Assembly (NCBI GenBank): GCA_001662655.1
Contig: KV460206.1
Direction: 5' to 3' (one strand)
Length of the DNA: 64,000 nt
Source: Pseudogymnoascus verrucosus
Taxonomy: Eukaryota
In this document: piece after piece, positions 24,467 through 37,013 of the stretch
Layout of the letters: each line of letters starts with the position of its first letter
Position numbering within the stretch: the first letter of the stretch is position 1
Program-made: the position numbers and the translations under genes
The notes under the pieces: generated by a model
The model's input: the letters and a program-made list of their open reading frames with translations, nothing else
The model's database searches: none
Told to the model about the DNA's origin: nothing

Positions 24467-25423
24467 CTAGAACCCTGTCTTGCTCATCGCCATTACTGAA
24501 ACGAGGTCAACTGCAACGTCTCCCACTTCTGTAATGAGGTCTCGAGACGGCTTCTTCTTCACAAGTTCCTTGTGCGAGAATACTTTGTTTATAACCGCTT
24601 TCCTTGTATCATCCGAGTCTTTCGAAGTCGAATATACTTCACGAATACAATCAACAAAGGCATCACTAATCTAATGATGTTGTAGCTAGAGTTGGAACTT
24701 CTTGCAAGCGATGGTTTTGAGATCATCCATCCGAAACATGTCCGCGAGTGCATATACGCAGGGGTGTCTAAGCAGCTCAATATCATCACCTGCCGGGTTT
24801 TAGTGTATACCTATTGAATCAAGGGGGAGCCTACCTTCAGAGCTAAGAGACTAAGATGAATCATCAGCGTAATACCCAGTGTACATGTACTGAAGCACTC
24901 TCCAGAGAGCATGCGGGCTGTCCTTCTCGAATATAAATTCAGTGGTGTGAGCTTCCTTGAATTCGCTCTGTAGTGCATCGTCAAAGTATGAGCTACGTAT
25001 CCCCAAGACTACTCGATGTGCAGGGAATGCTGTCTTCGACTCGCCGATTAACAACTTCACATCGGAGAACTTCTCATTGTTAAATAAGCTGTCCAATATC
25101 AGTCTCATGAGTCTAACATCCCCTACTATGCCTCACCTGTCAAATGCTCGTCTTGATTTCTCCCTCGCCGACGGAGCTTCGGCCATCGTGTCGGAATTGG
25201 CTGCCCCGGCAGAAGAGTTCGTGCCTATCGAAGGTGCGGGTTTACTGTGCAAAACAGTGGCTCGCGATAGTCGCAATTGCAGAGCCTTCACGGTCAGTTG
25301 TAGTATTTGATCGTTTCTTCGATCCCGTTCGGATTGCTCGCGACGACGCTGGAGTTCACGATCTCGTTCGGATTGCGCACGACGACGCTGCAATTCGGCT
25401 CGACTAGGATTCTGCGTTCCCAT
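24467..25423 (-). pseudogene. BTB/POZ domain gene with three premature TAG stops
   Basis: FSDVKLLIG..FPAHRVVL..RSSYF..F..FKEA..LQYMYTG then VYALADMF..FVDCIREVYS; three exons with GT-AG introns; in-frame TAG at 24851, 24686 and 24671. Confidence 0.85.
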
Positions 25424-25675
25424 TTATTTCATAATGGTGATAAAATAGATCGGACCAATGTTGCCACGGTTGACAAATCATATGAAGAGTCCATTAAGAG
25501 GGCTCGCCTCGATGAAGGTGAAAAGGTAAAAGGGTAAAGTTCTTTGTAAAATCGTTAGTTAAAGTGGTCGCCTGGCGGCTGCGGAATCTCCTGCAATGTG
25601 ACCTCTTAATCGTCAATCATACACCCGGATGGATGCGAACTACGTCCACTACATTCATATCTGAGTTCGTCCTTC

Positions 25676-26965
25676 CTAATCGGAATCTCCATCTGAATCT
25701 GAACCTGCGTCCTCTTCCTCCGCTTCTTCCTCCGCTACTTCTTCTTCCTCTTCTGACTCCGACTCCGACTCTGGCTCCTCTTCCTCTTCTTCTTCTTCCT
25801 CCTCTTCCTCCTCTTCTTCTTCTTCCTCCTCCTCCTCCTCCTCTTCTTCCTCCTCCTCCTCCTCTTCCTCCTCTGGCTCTTCTTCCTCTTCCTCTTCCGG
25901 CTCCTCTTCCGACTCTGGCTCCGGCGTCTTCTCATCCTCTGAATCATGCAACTCCTCTTCTTCCTCCTCAGGCTTCTTCCGGAAGAGATTCTCAATCACT
26001 TCCTTGCGCAGTTCATCGTCGCTATTCTCCTCTTCCTCCTCCTCCACTCCATAAGATCCACCACGCGCCTCGTGCAATACAAGACCTCCAGCTCCAAGAG
26101 CGCCCAAAACAGCAAGTGCGTTATCAGAGCCTGAAGCGTCGGGTGCACCTTCTATAGCCCTGCTCCCCTCGGTCTGTTCCTCAGGGACCCCATGGTCGGG
26201 ATAGCCCCCCGGCGGTCCGAACTCCCTCGTCTTGTCGTAATACTCAGCAGCTAACCCCTCACCACGCTCCGTGTCCCAATACATGTGATCGCTCGGTGAA
26301 ATGTACCCCTTCGACGCCTCATAAGTCTGAACCTCCAACGGCATATCAACCCTCCTCTGCTCAGCTGTCACATCAAACGCCCCGCCCTTTTCCCACGACG
26401 CGCTCCCAGTCTCCTCCATCCTAATCCACGCCCTAACCATCATAAGCGCCTTCCCGAGCAAATTCGTCCCCCACGTCTCGCGCTGCCCCACCGCTTCCCC
26501 AGCCTCATACCCAATCCCCCAAATCCCATCCAGCGGCGACGCGAGAACAAGCTCATCCTCGCCCGTCGCCAGCAGCGCCGCTTTCAGATCCCGCTCCCGC
26601 ACCAGGCTGTGCGCGAATTTGTGGTACGTAGCTTCCTCCACGATGCCGTAGCGGTCCTCTTCCCAGATCTTCTCGTCGAAGTTGTCGACGCCGCGGGCGA
26701 GGGCGCGGATGTCCTCGACGTGGGGCTCGTGGGCGATGCGGGCGGCGATGTCGGGGGCGGCGAAGAGCATGGCCATTTCGGAGAGCATGTAGCTGGGGGT
26801 GTTGTTAGGCGGGGTGTTGGGGATGCGGGGGATGGCGGGGTAAACTTACTGTTCTGTGGTGGGCCAGACGGTCTCGGTTTCGTTGTCGTGGAATGGGGCG
26901 TGGGAATCTTGGGAGAGGAAGGCGAAGGAGGGGTTTGTGTCCCTCCAGAAGAAGATGGGCGGCAT
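25676..26965 (-). CDS. NADAR (YbiA/DUF1768) superfamily protein with long acidic C-terminal tail
   Basis: Exon 1 MPPIFFW..FLSQ..PF..WPTTE, intron 26793..26849, then HYML..NFDEKIW..HKF..LLATG..ASPLDGIWGIG..WGTNLLGKALMMVR; poly-E tract at about 25710..25970. Confidence 0.88.
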
Positions 26966-28377
26966 GGTGAGTGAGGGGGGGAGATATGTGGATGAGGTCG
27001 GGTGTAGTATGTGTAGTGAAGGTGTAGTGTGTGCAGTGAAGGTTGGAGTACAGGTTGGAGTAGAGGTTGTGAAGCTTGTTGGAAGATTGTTGAAAGACTG
27101 TTGGAAGAATTTACCTCAGACTCACATTTGTTGGAAGAGTGACCTTCTCGTGGCCAGGCAACCCCTCTAGTCTTTTTTTGTGAATGTCGACGATGAACAA
27201 CTAACGCTACAGCGCCTACGAAGCACTGCAGGTGGGGAGACTCAGCTTTAACGCAGCCAAGTGTCGCAGCCAAGTCGCGGTCCGTCTCTTGCAGTGCCGT
27301 ATATCCATTCTCCATTCATACTCGATATGAAGGTGTGGATGTGAATGCGTGATATGTGCGACCTGCGCCACGCTTATAGCCACTTTTGGTCGAGATGTTG
27401 GCTGGTGACTGCGCCTTCAGCCACGCCAAGAGCCAACTGTGGTGGAGGGAATGGTGAGGGCCAAGAATTTCATTGGGCTGCGATGCATAGAGTGCCACAC
27501 GATGCATACGATACCACGTCGGCGCATATTGTCATGTCATACGGGATTGTATATACTCGACAGGGCGGTTGAGGAATACTCAAAGAAGCGCCGGAAAATG
27601 TCCTCGACAGCAGAGTTGCCAGAACGAGAGAGTACGGTCAGTTCTATGTCGTGGAATATATGTATCAGTCAAAGGGGAGCCACCCTGTCCGTTGCGACAG
27701 AACTATCCAACTATTCATGATATCTTCCACAATATCCTCGTCTTCATACCACGGTGGGAACACCATCGCTGCCGCTACTCAACCATGAGATCCTCACAAG
27801 GCTGTCGGCGATCGTGGCTGTGCACCTTGTAAGGCTGACAGACAGGTGCCTGACAGCGGATCCCGCCCTGGGACACACGACACACGACCAAGATGGCAAG
27901 GGATACCAAGCTTTACGCCTCAACCGCTCCATGACGCCAAACTGACGATCACGTTGATCTCTCATATCTTCTCCAAAGACGCCAAGACCCTCATGATATC
28001 TCCCCTCACCACCGCAGAATTTATCCCACGGCCGATCCGTTCGCACTATAGGCGTTTTGGCAGGTGGACCCCTAGTGGGAGACCCTGCCGCCGAGGTGAC
28101 AGGGCAGGGGTTTAATTTGCCCAGACGACGGCGAAAGTTAGCCCGCCTTACGATTTCAAGAGACGGCTTGATGAACTGGCGGTCCTCAGCCGTAGCTAGT
28201 TTTGAGCCGTAGCTAGTTTTGGGGAAGTGCAGGAGTTTGGGGAGAGTATTTGCTTGTTTTCTATCTTTCCTTCCCCGCGTTTCCTTGTCGTCTTCTCTTC
28301 TCTTTCGATGCGTCGCCATTGAAGTCCTTATACCGCTCTCTCACCTAGCTCCAGCTCCGTCCAACACAGCAGTGACA

Positions 28378-29352
28378 ATGCACATCTTCATCCCCCTCCT
28401 CTTCCTCCTCCCCTCCCTCGCCTCAGCGGCCTTCCCAAAGCTCCAGCCAGGCTATTCCTCCAATGACGGTCTCCTCGCTGCCCGCGCCGGCTGCACAACC
28501 CACAGCACATGCGACGAGTGTTACGGCGACGGCTACGTGATCTGCGCCGAACACTACTGTTTCGCTCCCGGAAAGGGACAGCAGTGTTGCGTAGATGGAT
28601 GTTCGTGCCCCTCTTCCCAATAAATCCAGTCAAGGTGCCAGACTAATTAAAGGATAGCGTATTGTATTGCTGCTTCGAACGATTGTTGCAACTCGATTGT
28701 ACGCCCCTCTCCCCAGCCTCGAGGCGGATGATAGAATAGTTGATAGGAAAAAGATGAACTAATGCCTCATAGGGCGGACCCGGCAAAACAGGGCACGCTG
28801 GCGTCCCCGCCCCCCTCCCGACCGACTTCGAGATGCCCACTGCAACAGGCCACGGCCCTGGCGCGATTGTGACGTGTTCCGCGAGCAATGCGATACATAA
28901 TGATGGGCTAGAGTGCTGTAAACTGTACAACACGACGTGGAGTTTCTGTCCAGAGTCGGTGGGGTGTTATTTGCCAGGGGTGCAGACATGTTGTACAGAT
29001 GGGTCGATTTGCGAAGGGAAGGAATGCTGTGGGCTTGTTGTGAGTTGCTCTAATCCTAGAGAGGAGGGGATGGGTTGAAGTTGAGGGGGAAGATGCTAAT
29101 GGATAACAGGACGCAAAGGCAACGACGCCGTTTCCTAGTGGAGCGAAGCAAACGAGTTCCTCGAGCGATGCTGGGACGTCGGGGAGCATGACGACTGCTG
29201 GGCTTGGGGGGGTTACAACAGCAAAGGTGACGGATGGGGGACCGGCAGGGACGGGAGTGAGTACTAGTACGCCTACAGGTGCGGCGGTGACGAATGCGCT
29301 TAGTGGTGCTATGGTTGTCGCGATGGGTGTTCTAGGAGTTGCGATGCTGTAA
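28378..29352 (+). CDS. Secreted, probably GPI-anchored Cys-rich protein
   Basis: Signal peptide MHIFIPLLFLLPSLASA, two Cys-rich modules (CDECYG..QCC; ECC..TCC..ECC), Ser/Thr/Gly stalk, hydrophobic C-terminus AMVVAMGVLGVAML; three apparent introns. Confidence 0.8.
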
Positions 29353-29451
29353 TAGTTCTCATATCATATAAAAGAAGCAACATAGCAAAAGGATTGGTAA
29401 GTAAGCGCCCGAGTATATAAAATAAATCCTAATGCCAATATCCACCCCTGC

Positions 29452-29946
29452 CTACTCAACAGCAACATTCTCCCACCCCCTCGTACAAAGCACAACCCTA
29501 TACCCATCCGGATCCTCCACCGTCACCCCCCATCGTTCCCAATACTCATTCCTCGCCACCACCCTCTTTCCCCCCTTCTCTACCATCCTACTCACCAACC
29601 CCTCATCTACCGGCCCTTCAACATACAAAACCAATAAATCCTCCTCCGTCGGCCTCGGCACCGGGAATGAGATCTCCGTCCCTCCCTTCCCGTCGGGTGC
29701 GTGGACTAGTTCAAGATGCCACGCTCCACCGGGGTAGCCGAGCATAAGCAGGTCTTCGGGGTGTTGGTCGGGGTGCGTCCCTTGGGGAGGAGAGCGGTAG
29801 AGAACGCTCAGCCCGAGGCCGTGGACGTAGAAGGTCTCGGCGGCGGGGAGGGAGAGGGAGGGGCGAGCGAGGCGGAGGTGGGTTTGTGGGGTTGGGAGGG
29901 CGCCGGGGTTTGTTGTTGTTGGTGGGGGAGGAGCGGGGGTGGACAT
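29452..29946 (-). CDS. VOC / glyoxalase superfamily protein, YycE-like
   Basis: HLRLARPS..FYVHGLGL..WHLEL..EDLLVLY..NEYWERWGVTVEDPDGYRVVL; intronless. Confidence 0.85.
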   Translation of the reverse strand: MSTPAPPPPTTTNPGALPTPQTHLRLARPSLSLPAAETFYVHGLGLSVLYRSPPQGTHPDQHPEDLLMLGYPGGAWHLELVHAPDGKGGTEISFPVPRPTEEDLLVLYVEGPVDEGLVSRMVEKGGKRVVARNEYWERWGVTVEDPDGYRVVLCTRGWENVAVE

Positions 29947-30385
29947 AGTGATTAATTTGAGCTGTAGTGGGCTGGATTTCGGTGTGGTGGTGGGATGTTG
30001 GAGGTGGAGTGTGGGGTACCCCGGGTTTTTATGGGGTGCGGGAGGGAGGGAGGGCGTTTATAAGCGTGGGAGTCTAGAACTTAGGGTTGGGATGGATTGG
30101 TAACGGGCTCCATGCCGTCGAATGGGAAAAGGTAGATCACTTTTGTGACAATATGGATAGTTGTGGTGTGTATTATTATAGTAATATGGTTATTAGAAAT
30201 TTTGGTAGTGATAAAATATTGATTTATTTATAGAAATATATTTAGATAGCTTAGGAATATATTAGTTTCAATTAATATCCGCTTACTACTCTAATATTTT
30301 CGATATATATATTGTACAATATATGCGATAAATATAATAATACGCACCCTTTTTATTTTCAGATCTAGCCCATTCTGTAAACACA

Positions 30386-33077
30386 TTATACACCATTATC
30401 ACCATCACCAACCTCTCCCACATCCTCCACAACAACCCTCTTCCTCGTCTCCCCTCCCTCCCCACTCCCCCTCCACTCCCCACTCTTCCTCTCCTCCCCA
30501 CCCACCAAACTCTCCTCCTCCTTTGCAATCCCCTCCCTCCCAATCCTCACCCTCCTCGTCCCAACACTTTCAATCCACTCCTCCGTCCCCAATCCCCTCT
30601 TCTTCTCCGGCCACAACAACACCCCCATCGCCCTCCCCACCGAAATATCCTCCAAGAACCTTCTCATCAGCTTCGGCCCCGTCCGCCCAGAAATCAACAA
30701 CACAATAAGCGCAATCAGCACCGTGACAGTCAGTCCTAGCACCAGGAATGCAGGCACAGCAAACGGGATCCGGTAACGGATGTACATCTTGTATATGATA
30801 ATCGGGACTTCGACTTCCGTCACGAGCGGCGCCGGGTCAGCGCGCGCGCCCACCTTCGCCGCCCTCGCTACAGCAGCAGCGGAAGTGAGGCCCCATCCCT
30901 TAGTTCCAACAACCGTATTCGCCGAGACATCCGTCCAGATGAGGTTTATTATTTTCGCCGCGTCTTCAGGAGTGCGCGACAGCTGCTGCCACTTAGCGAA
31001 GAGCGCGAGGCTGGTGTACCCCGAGAAATCAGCGCCGCCGTTCCAGCCATTGTCGGCTTTGGATTCCGATATGGTGCCGCCGGGCTTGGTGATGGTGAGG
31101 GCGTTTTTGAGGGCTTGGGCGTAGAAGTTTGTGCCGGGGAGGTTTTGGCCGGGGACGATGGGGATGGTGTTGAGACCTTTCGAGCCGCCCCAGTCGAGGT
31201 AGCCGGGGAGGTAGAGGCTTGAGGCGGCGATTGTGGAGATGTTGTAGGGGGTTGGGGGGAGGGTGGTGTTGGCTTGGCCGAGGATGCCCCAGAGGGGTGA
31301 AGTGCCTTCCATGGTCAAGGGTGCTTTCAGGTCTTCGACTCCCCAGAGGGGGAGGTTGGAGGGTTCTGGGTAGGATTTTGGGTGGGTCTCGTTGATGGTT
31401 AGAGAGCTGAGAGTGGTACCATTGTACTGGAAGGAAGTGGTCCTGATGGTGGCTTTGACTGCCGTGGCGCAGCTATAGATCGGGGTAGACCAGGTCGACC
31501 GCGGGTCGAAGACAAGTGAAGAACCACCGTCAGTGCGCTTGGCCGCGCCATATAGAAGGGCGCACCCTACAACGGAGCCGTTGATATTCGGAGGGCTAGA
31601 TGGCGAGGTCCCGGCACAAGTGGTGGCTAGGCTGGTCAGTTCCATACATGCGAGGTTGGTAGGTCAGAAGGTAACTTACTGACGAATTGAAAGAAATCCG
31701 AGCTGATATTGAATGGGTTTATGTGTGACTGGGATGCATTACCACCGGGTAGAGGACTATCGAGATTGAGGTACTGCCCAAAAATCATGCTTGCCCTGAT
31801 AACATCTTGGCTTACCCGAAATTTGGTAGTGGTCTCGTCAGTTCTGATGGGATACTTTGAGCCTTCCACGGTATCTATGCGCGTAATATTCGTCCGATCG
31901 AAGTCAGTGATGTTGAAGTACACCATTGTGTAGAAGTTATTCAGCCAGGCAGCCTTGTATGCTCTCTCCCGAAGATTTATATCCTGTCCATTTGGAGGCA
32001 CAGCATAGTTTGGACTGGTTCGGGCCAAGCCCGAAAATCCACCGCGGTCTGTCAAGAAAAGCTTTTCTACAAAGTCGTGCGAGGTGTCATCGTCGGGGAG
32101 AGTGAAATCGAGGGTAAGGTTTGTATTCACGCATTGCGTCTCTGGCTCGACGAACAGGATGTCTTCATCCCACGTGCTCCCATATTGATAAGTGGGACGC
32201 GGTATAGTGTGGTTGCGGAACCCAATCCCCCCTTCTTTCATGTCGACTATTAGCCCCTCGTAAGGCTTCACAGTATCATCGAGAACCAACAGGGCCAATT
32301 GTCGCGATGCTGGCTCTAGATACGGCCCAATCATAGACCCTAACGCATTTTTATAGGACCTCCATTGGATGTCAAATATGCTAGAGACAGTGGCACCGAA
32401 ACTAGACGGCCCATCTCTAAAGAGCTCTTTCAAATCGTCAGGAATCCTGACGTCATAATCTACAGTACACACTTCGGCAAACCCCTTTGTCGTGCAGTTG
32501 TCTGTCCTGGTAGTGCCTGGACAGGCTATCTTGGTGCCCTCGCAGACTCTAGTGAAGGGTGCATCAGACCGGGGCGGCGTTCCGTAACCAAATGCAGAAT
32601 GATCCTCAATGTAAGTGAATGGCGTATTGGTCTGCAATTTCGGAGGCTCAACAACATCATACAGGCCTAACGGAGTAACAATAGAAGCCACGGAGACTAA
32701 TATCAAAGCGATTGTCTGGACCCAACCTGTCCTGAAGACTCGCCTCCGAACGGCCGTGTCTGCGGCAGCATCAGTGCTGAGGATGGTGGGCCAGAAGGTT
32801 GAATGCAGATACCGGCCAAGAACAGACCTAGAAAGCTTAAGTAAATAGGGGGGAAATTGATAGAGCGATCATCATGCTACTCACCATGTCACTAGGTTAT
32901 TCTCTTCCGAGACAAAGGCGATCAATATGGCAGATATTGCCAACGGGAAGAAGATTTGAACTACGATCAGCTGTCAGCCGCATTCTGTCAGGTTTTGTAA
33001 AAGTATGGAGATGCCATACCCAAGAAGACCCCCGCAGCGACCAGGCCAGAAACTTCACCGACTGATAACTCAACCAT
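30386..33077 (-). CDS. Uncharacterised multi-exon fungal membrane glycoprotein
   Basis: Start MVELSVGEVSGLVAAGVFL, N-terminal TM segments, ..HSTFWPTIL..VTPLGLY..SSIFDIQWRSY..WDEDILFVEPETQCV, C-terminal TM FAVPAFLVLGL; joins ORFs 31636..32706 and 30386..31645 across an intron near 31634..31679. Confidence 0.75.
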
Positions 33078-35935
33078 CGTGCCTTCTCAACGAGATTGTA
33101 TACCCTCGAGAGAATCCCCAACGACGACAATCGTAATATCCTTTGTAATATTGAAAATGCCCCATTTCTGCGAGCTGAAAAAGCAAAATGCGTCTATGAC
33201 TAGTCTAGTGCTCAGCTGCCTATCCGCTTTAAATTGATGGATAGCAGTAATGCGGGCAAACTTCGAGCCGACCCCTTCGCGCGGCGACCCGAGCCCCTTC
33301 AAAGCCTGGAGATCAACATCGACACACTGTGACATGCGGGCATAAACACTGGCCACTATTTTATTTTCGCCTTTTATTAATCCTATTTCTCCCAGGGAGT
33401 AAACGCACAAAGGTGACCAAAAGTTGTAGACTGTGAATGAGAGATGACTTGGCTGCGCTGCGCCACAAGTCTATGATGCCAAGCTTCTAAGGTAAGTGAC
33501 CGACGTCGTGGTGCTGTGGCCTGCTTCTCTGTATTTTATGCCCGACCAAATTTTAGGGTAACAGTAGGTTGACGTTGATATCAACCTAATATCACCGTAG
33601 ACGCTGTAGGTTTTGTGTTGTGATCATGTATATTTCTTTCTTCGCCATCACCCACCAACTTTATTCAGAGCTTAATTATTAGTCCCGTTCAGGATGGGCT
33701 AAATATTCAGGATATGCAGCCCATCCTGAACGGGACTTATATCACTTCAGTTTCTAAGTCTGTCGACATGATATATCACAAAGCACATTTGCAAAGCGCA
33801 GAGAGATATGGCGAACGGCATTTTAAATGGTTTCAATTAGATGAACTCCCGCATTTGCGCAAGCGGCGTGGAAAACCCGTAGGAAAAACCGCGCCTGGAG
33901 AACTAGCTATTACTCTCATAAATGCATCGCACCTGTCATAAGTGCGGCGCTTTTTATCTTCCGACCTTGTCTGCAAATTAGACTGAGTTTAAGAGTGGGT
34001 AGAGGGGACTACCATGAGAGTATGTTATTGTGACAGCTTAACAATAACTGGGAAAATGGCTATAGTAGCAGTAAGAAACAACCTATGACGATTATTAGAG
34101 ATAAACAGTGCGCGTATGATTAGACATTAAACCTTGACTCCTGCTGAGAGAGACGCTGCCGCCTTAACTAATTCAGTAGAGATTTGCCTATGTCGCTGAA
34201 GCATATTAGCTAAATGCCCTTAAATTACTATCTAGAAAGCTGGCCAATGTGCATACTGGGTGTTTCGTTCCATAGTTGTGGAAATAACTTTCTAGGAATG
34301 AATTGGCTTTGTTCTTGTGATGGTCTAATGGCGATTTTTTAAACTTTAATGAATGGAATTGGAATTGGGTTTAGGGGGGGCTTGTTCTTATAGACGCGTA
34401 CTCTTTGCTGAAATATCCGATGTGCTGCACTTCAACGTAGACCTATTGTTTTTGGGTGTTGTTTGAGCTCTAAATAAATCGACAGCTGTCCCCAAATGGC
34501 CATCTCGTTACGTATTTTGCACCTTGGAAACCCATTCTACTGGATTTAGTTTCAATTCAACGCAACACCGGATGCAAAATCAACCACTTCAGCTATAAAG
34601 GAATTGACAATCTTGCCTAACCTGCTATCTTGTTGCACAACATATATCGTGGGCCTTTTTTATTGGATTTGCAATGAGGATATTGCGGGGTGATGCCAGT
34701 ACGATATCTTACCAAGGGGCGTACAGAGCTAAGTGGCATTGACCGGTAGAGCTGAGTCTTACTTCGGGATTCGTGTCCAATTAGAAGCAACTTTTTTTTA
34801 TAATCATGGAGCATATAACCCGTGAAACAAATGAAAGATGCAAAATAGACGGGTAAACGATGTGATGGAACCCCGACTGCGAGGTTAACGACGAGCGACC
34901 TTGATTACTCCTTGCCCCAAAAGGCCGCAGATTTTGGTGCATAGAATTATTAGACCTCTGATTTAAATTGTAGGAAAACTAACAGCTAATAAAACGTAGA
35001 GAAATCTTCTTCTCAGTATGCTCAATATAGCGAGACATTCTTGAGACATGGAAAAGGGGGGGTGCGGGTGCGGGAAGTAGAATCGTAACGTTTCTCCACC
35101 CGCCAAATCTCTCATATTTGTCTCCAAGTTATGAACCATAGTTGTAAAAGCTGTCGCCCTGCCTTGGACCAACCGACACGATATTCAGTACCCAAAGACG
35201 CCATTGACATATATACTCGCACAATTTTGTAAAGAGAATCATGACACTGAGGGGCAACTGGGTGATCAAGCGTTGTGGTCCAAATGGCTCAACTTCAACA
35301 TTCGCTTTCTTTCGTGCTATATTTGCTTTAGAGATGCCAAGTTCTAGACCGGTTAAATGAAGCTTCGCGGCTGTACCTCGCCGTTCTGCGGCTATGGCTT
35401 TATTATATTCCAGAGCGATGCTTGAATGAATTGCCTGGACACTAACCCGCGAATGGAAATTGCAACCTTCCCCGCCATCAACGGGAATCGCCCACCTTTT
35501 CCCCGCAATTTACAAAATCCCGTAAAGTTTCCAGGTGTCGACGACATATATTATAGTAATTATGGCAGGAACAAGCAAGGAGCCAGACCTGACAGATCTG
35601 CCGCGTTTCCATTATCCCACGAACCACGTGAGGTTGTGAACTGGCGCAGGGGAAACTGCCGGCGGAATGGATCTCGGGATCGGTCGGTGCCTCAATTTCC
35701 ACGAACCACAACCCCTTCCCCACAGTTGTCACGAAACAACTCCACTGTATTTCAATTTAAACTTCATCTATATTGTTTTAGACGTTTCTTAAGCACACGT
35801 ACAATTGTAGATCCCGTGGTCTATTGACGTCTTCAAACTATTTAAGAACGCCTCAATGGCTTCTCCAATTCTTGTTGCTGTCGTCGCTGCAACAGATACT
35901 GTTCCTTACTACCTTCTCTACGAAACTCTGCCATC

Positions 35936-37013
35936 ATGCGTTTCTCCATCACCTTGAGTGCTCTCGTGAGCTCAGTTGTTGCCATCACAACCCCTCCATC
36001 CGGCGCCCTTACGGTTGGCTCAGGCGGAACGTACTCAACGGTTAGTATTTTATCCATAGCTTATTGCTATTCTCTAATAGGGAAACAGATCCAAAAGGCA
36101 ATTAACGCGCTGAGCACTAGCTCGTCGTCGACCCAGAAGATCTTCATCTACTCTGGAACCTACAATGAGCAGGTCAAGATCCCAGCACTCAGTGGTCCCC
36201 TCGAAGTCTACGGCTACTCGGCGTCCGGCTCGTCATACTCGGGCAACAAGGTGACTGTCCAGCAATCATGCAGTCAGCTCAGCTGCGGCACCAACAATGA
36301 TGGCACTGGTAGGTTACCGCACGTCTCCTCTTTACCAATGTCAAGCATGCTAATCATCCCCAGCCACAATCTCCAACCACGCCGCCAACACCAAGTTCTA
36401 CAACCTCAACATCAAGAACACCTACGGCAAGGGCTCCCAAGCCGTCGCCCTGAGCTGCTACGGCACAAAGCAGAGCTACTACGGCGTCGCTCTCTACGGC
36501 TACCAAGACACCCTCCTCTCCAACGAGGGCAAGCACTTCTTCGGCAAGAGCTTCATCCAAGGTGCCACCGACTTCATCTTCGGCCAGCACGGCATCGCCT
36601 GGATCGACGGCACCGACATCCGCGTCAACGGCAACGGCTACGTGACCGCCTCCGGCCGCGCCTCCAGCACCGACGTCTCCTACTACGTGATCAACAAGTC
36701 CAACGTCGCGGCTGACTCGGGCGGCGGTCCCACAACCGGTAACGTCTACCTCGGCCGTCCATGGGGCGAGTACGCACGGGTCTGCTTCCAGAACACCGCG
36801 CTGTCGAGCATCATCAACGGCGCTGGGTGGAAGATCTGGAACACGGGAGATGAGAGGACTGGGCACGTTACGTTCCAGGAGTACGGCAACACGGGGGCTG
36901 GAGCTTCGGGGACGCGTGCCAGTTTCTCGAGCAAGATTAGCAGCGCGCTCACCATCTCGAACATTTTGGGAAGCGATTATGCTAGCTGGGTTGATACGTC
37001 GTACCTTTCTTAG
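35936..37013 (+). CDS. Secreted pectin methylesterase (carbohydrate esterase family 8)
   Basis: Signal peptide; GTYNEQV, QAVAL, YQDTL, DFIFG, YLGRPW motifs; introns 36041..36088 and 36309..36363. Confidence 0.95.

Noticed and set aside
21400..25560. Intact Starship or transposon
   Set aside because: No tyrosine recombinase, transposase or RT motifs and no terminal repeats or TSD identified by eye
25564..26157. Pro/Leu-rich plus-strand ORF and Arg/Lys-rich minus-strand ORF
   Set aside because: Shadow frames of the NADAR poly-Glu tract
27300..28320. Possible toxin partner (ADP-ribosyltransferase) next to NADAR
   Set aside because: ORFs are short, interrupted and lack ART-type motifs; treated as intergenic or unidentifiable relic
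33100..35900. Long intergenic stretch between divergent genes
   Set aside because: No supportable CDS, RNA gene or repeat; consistent with promoters
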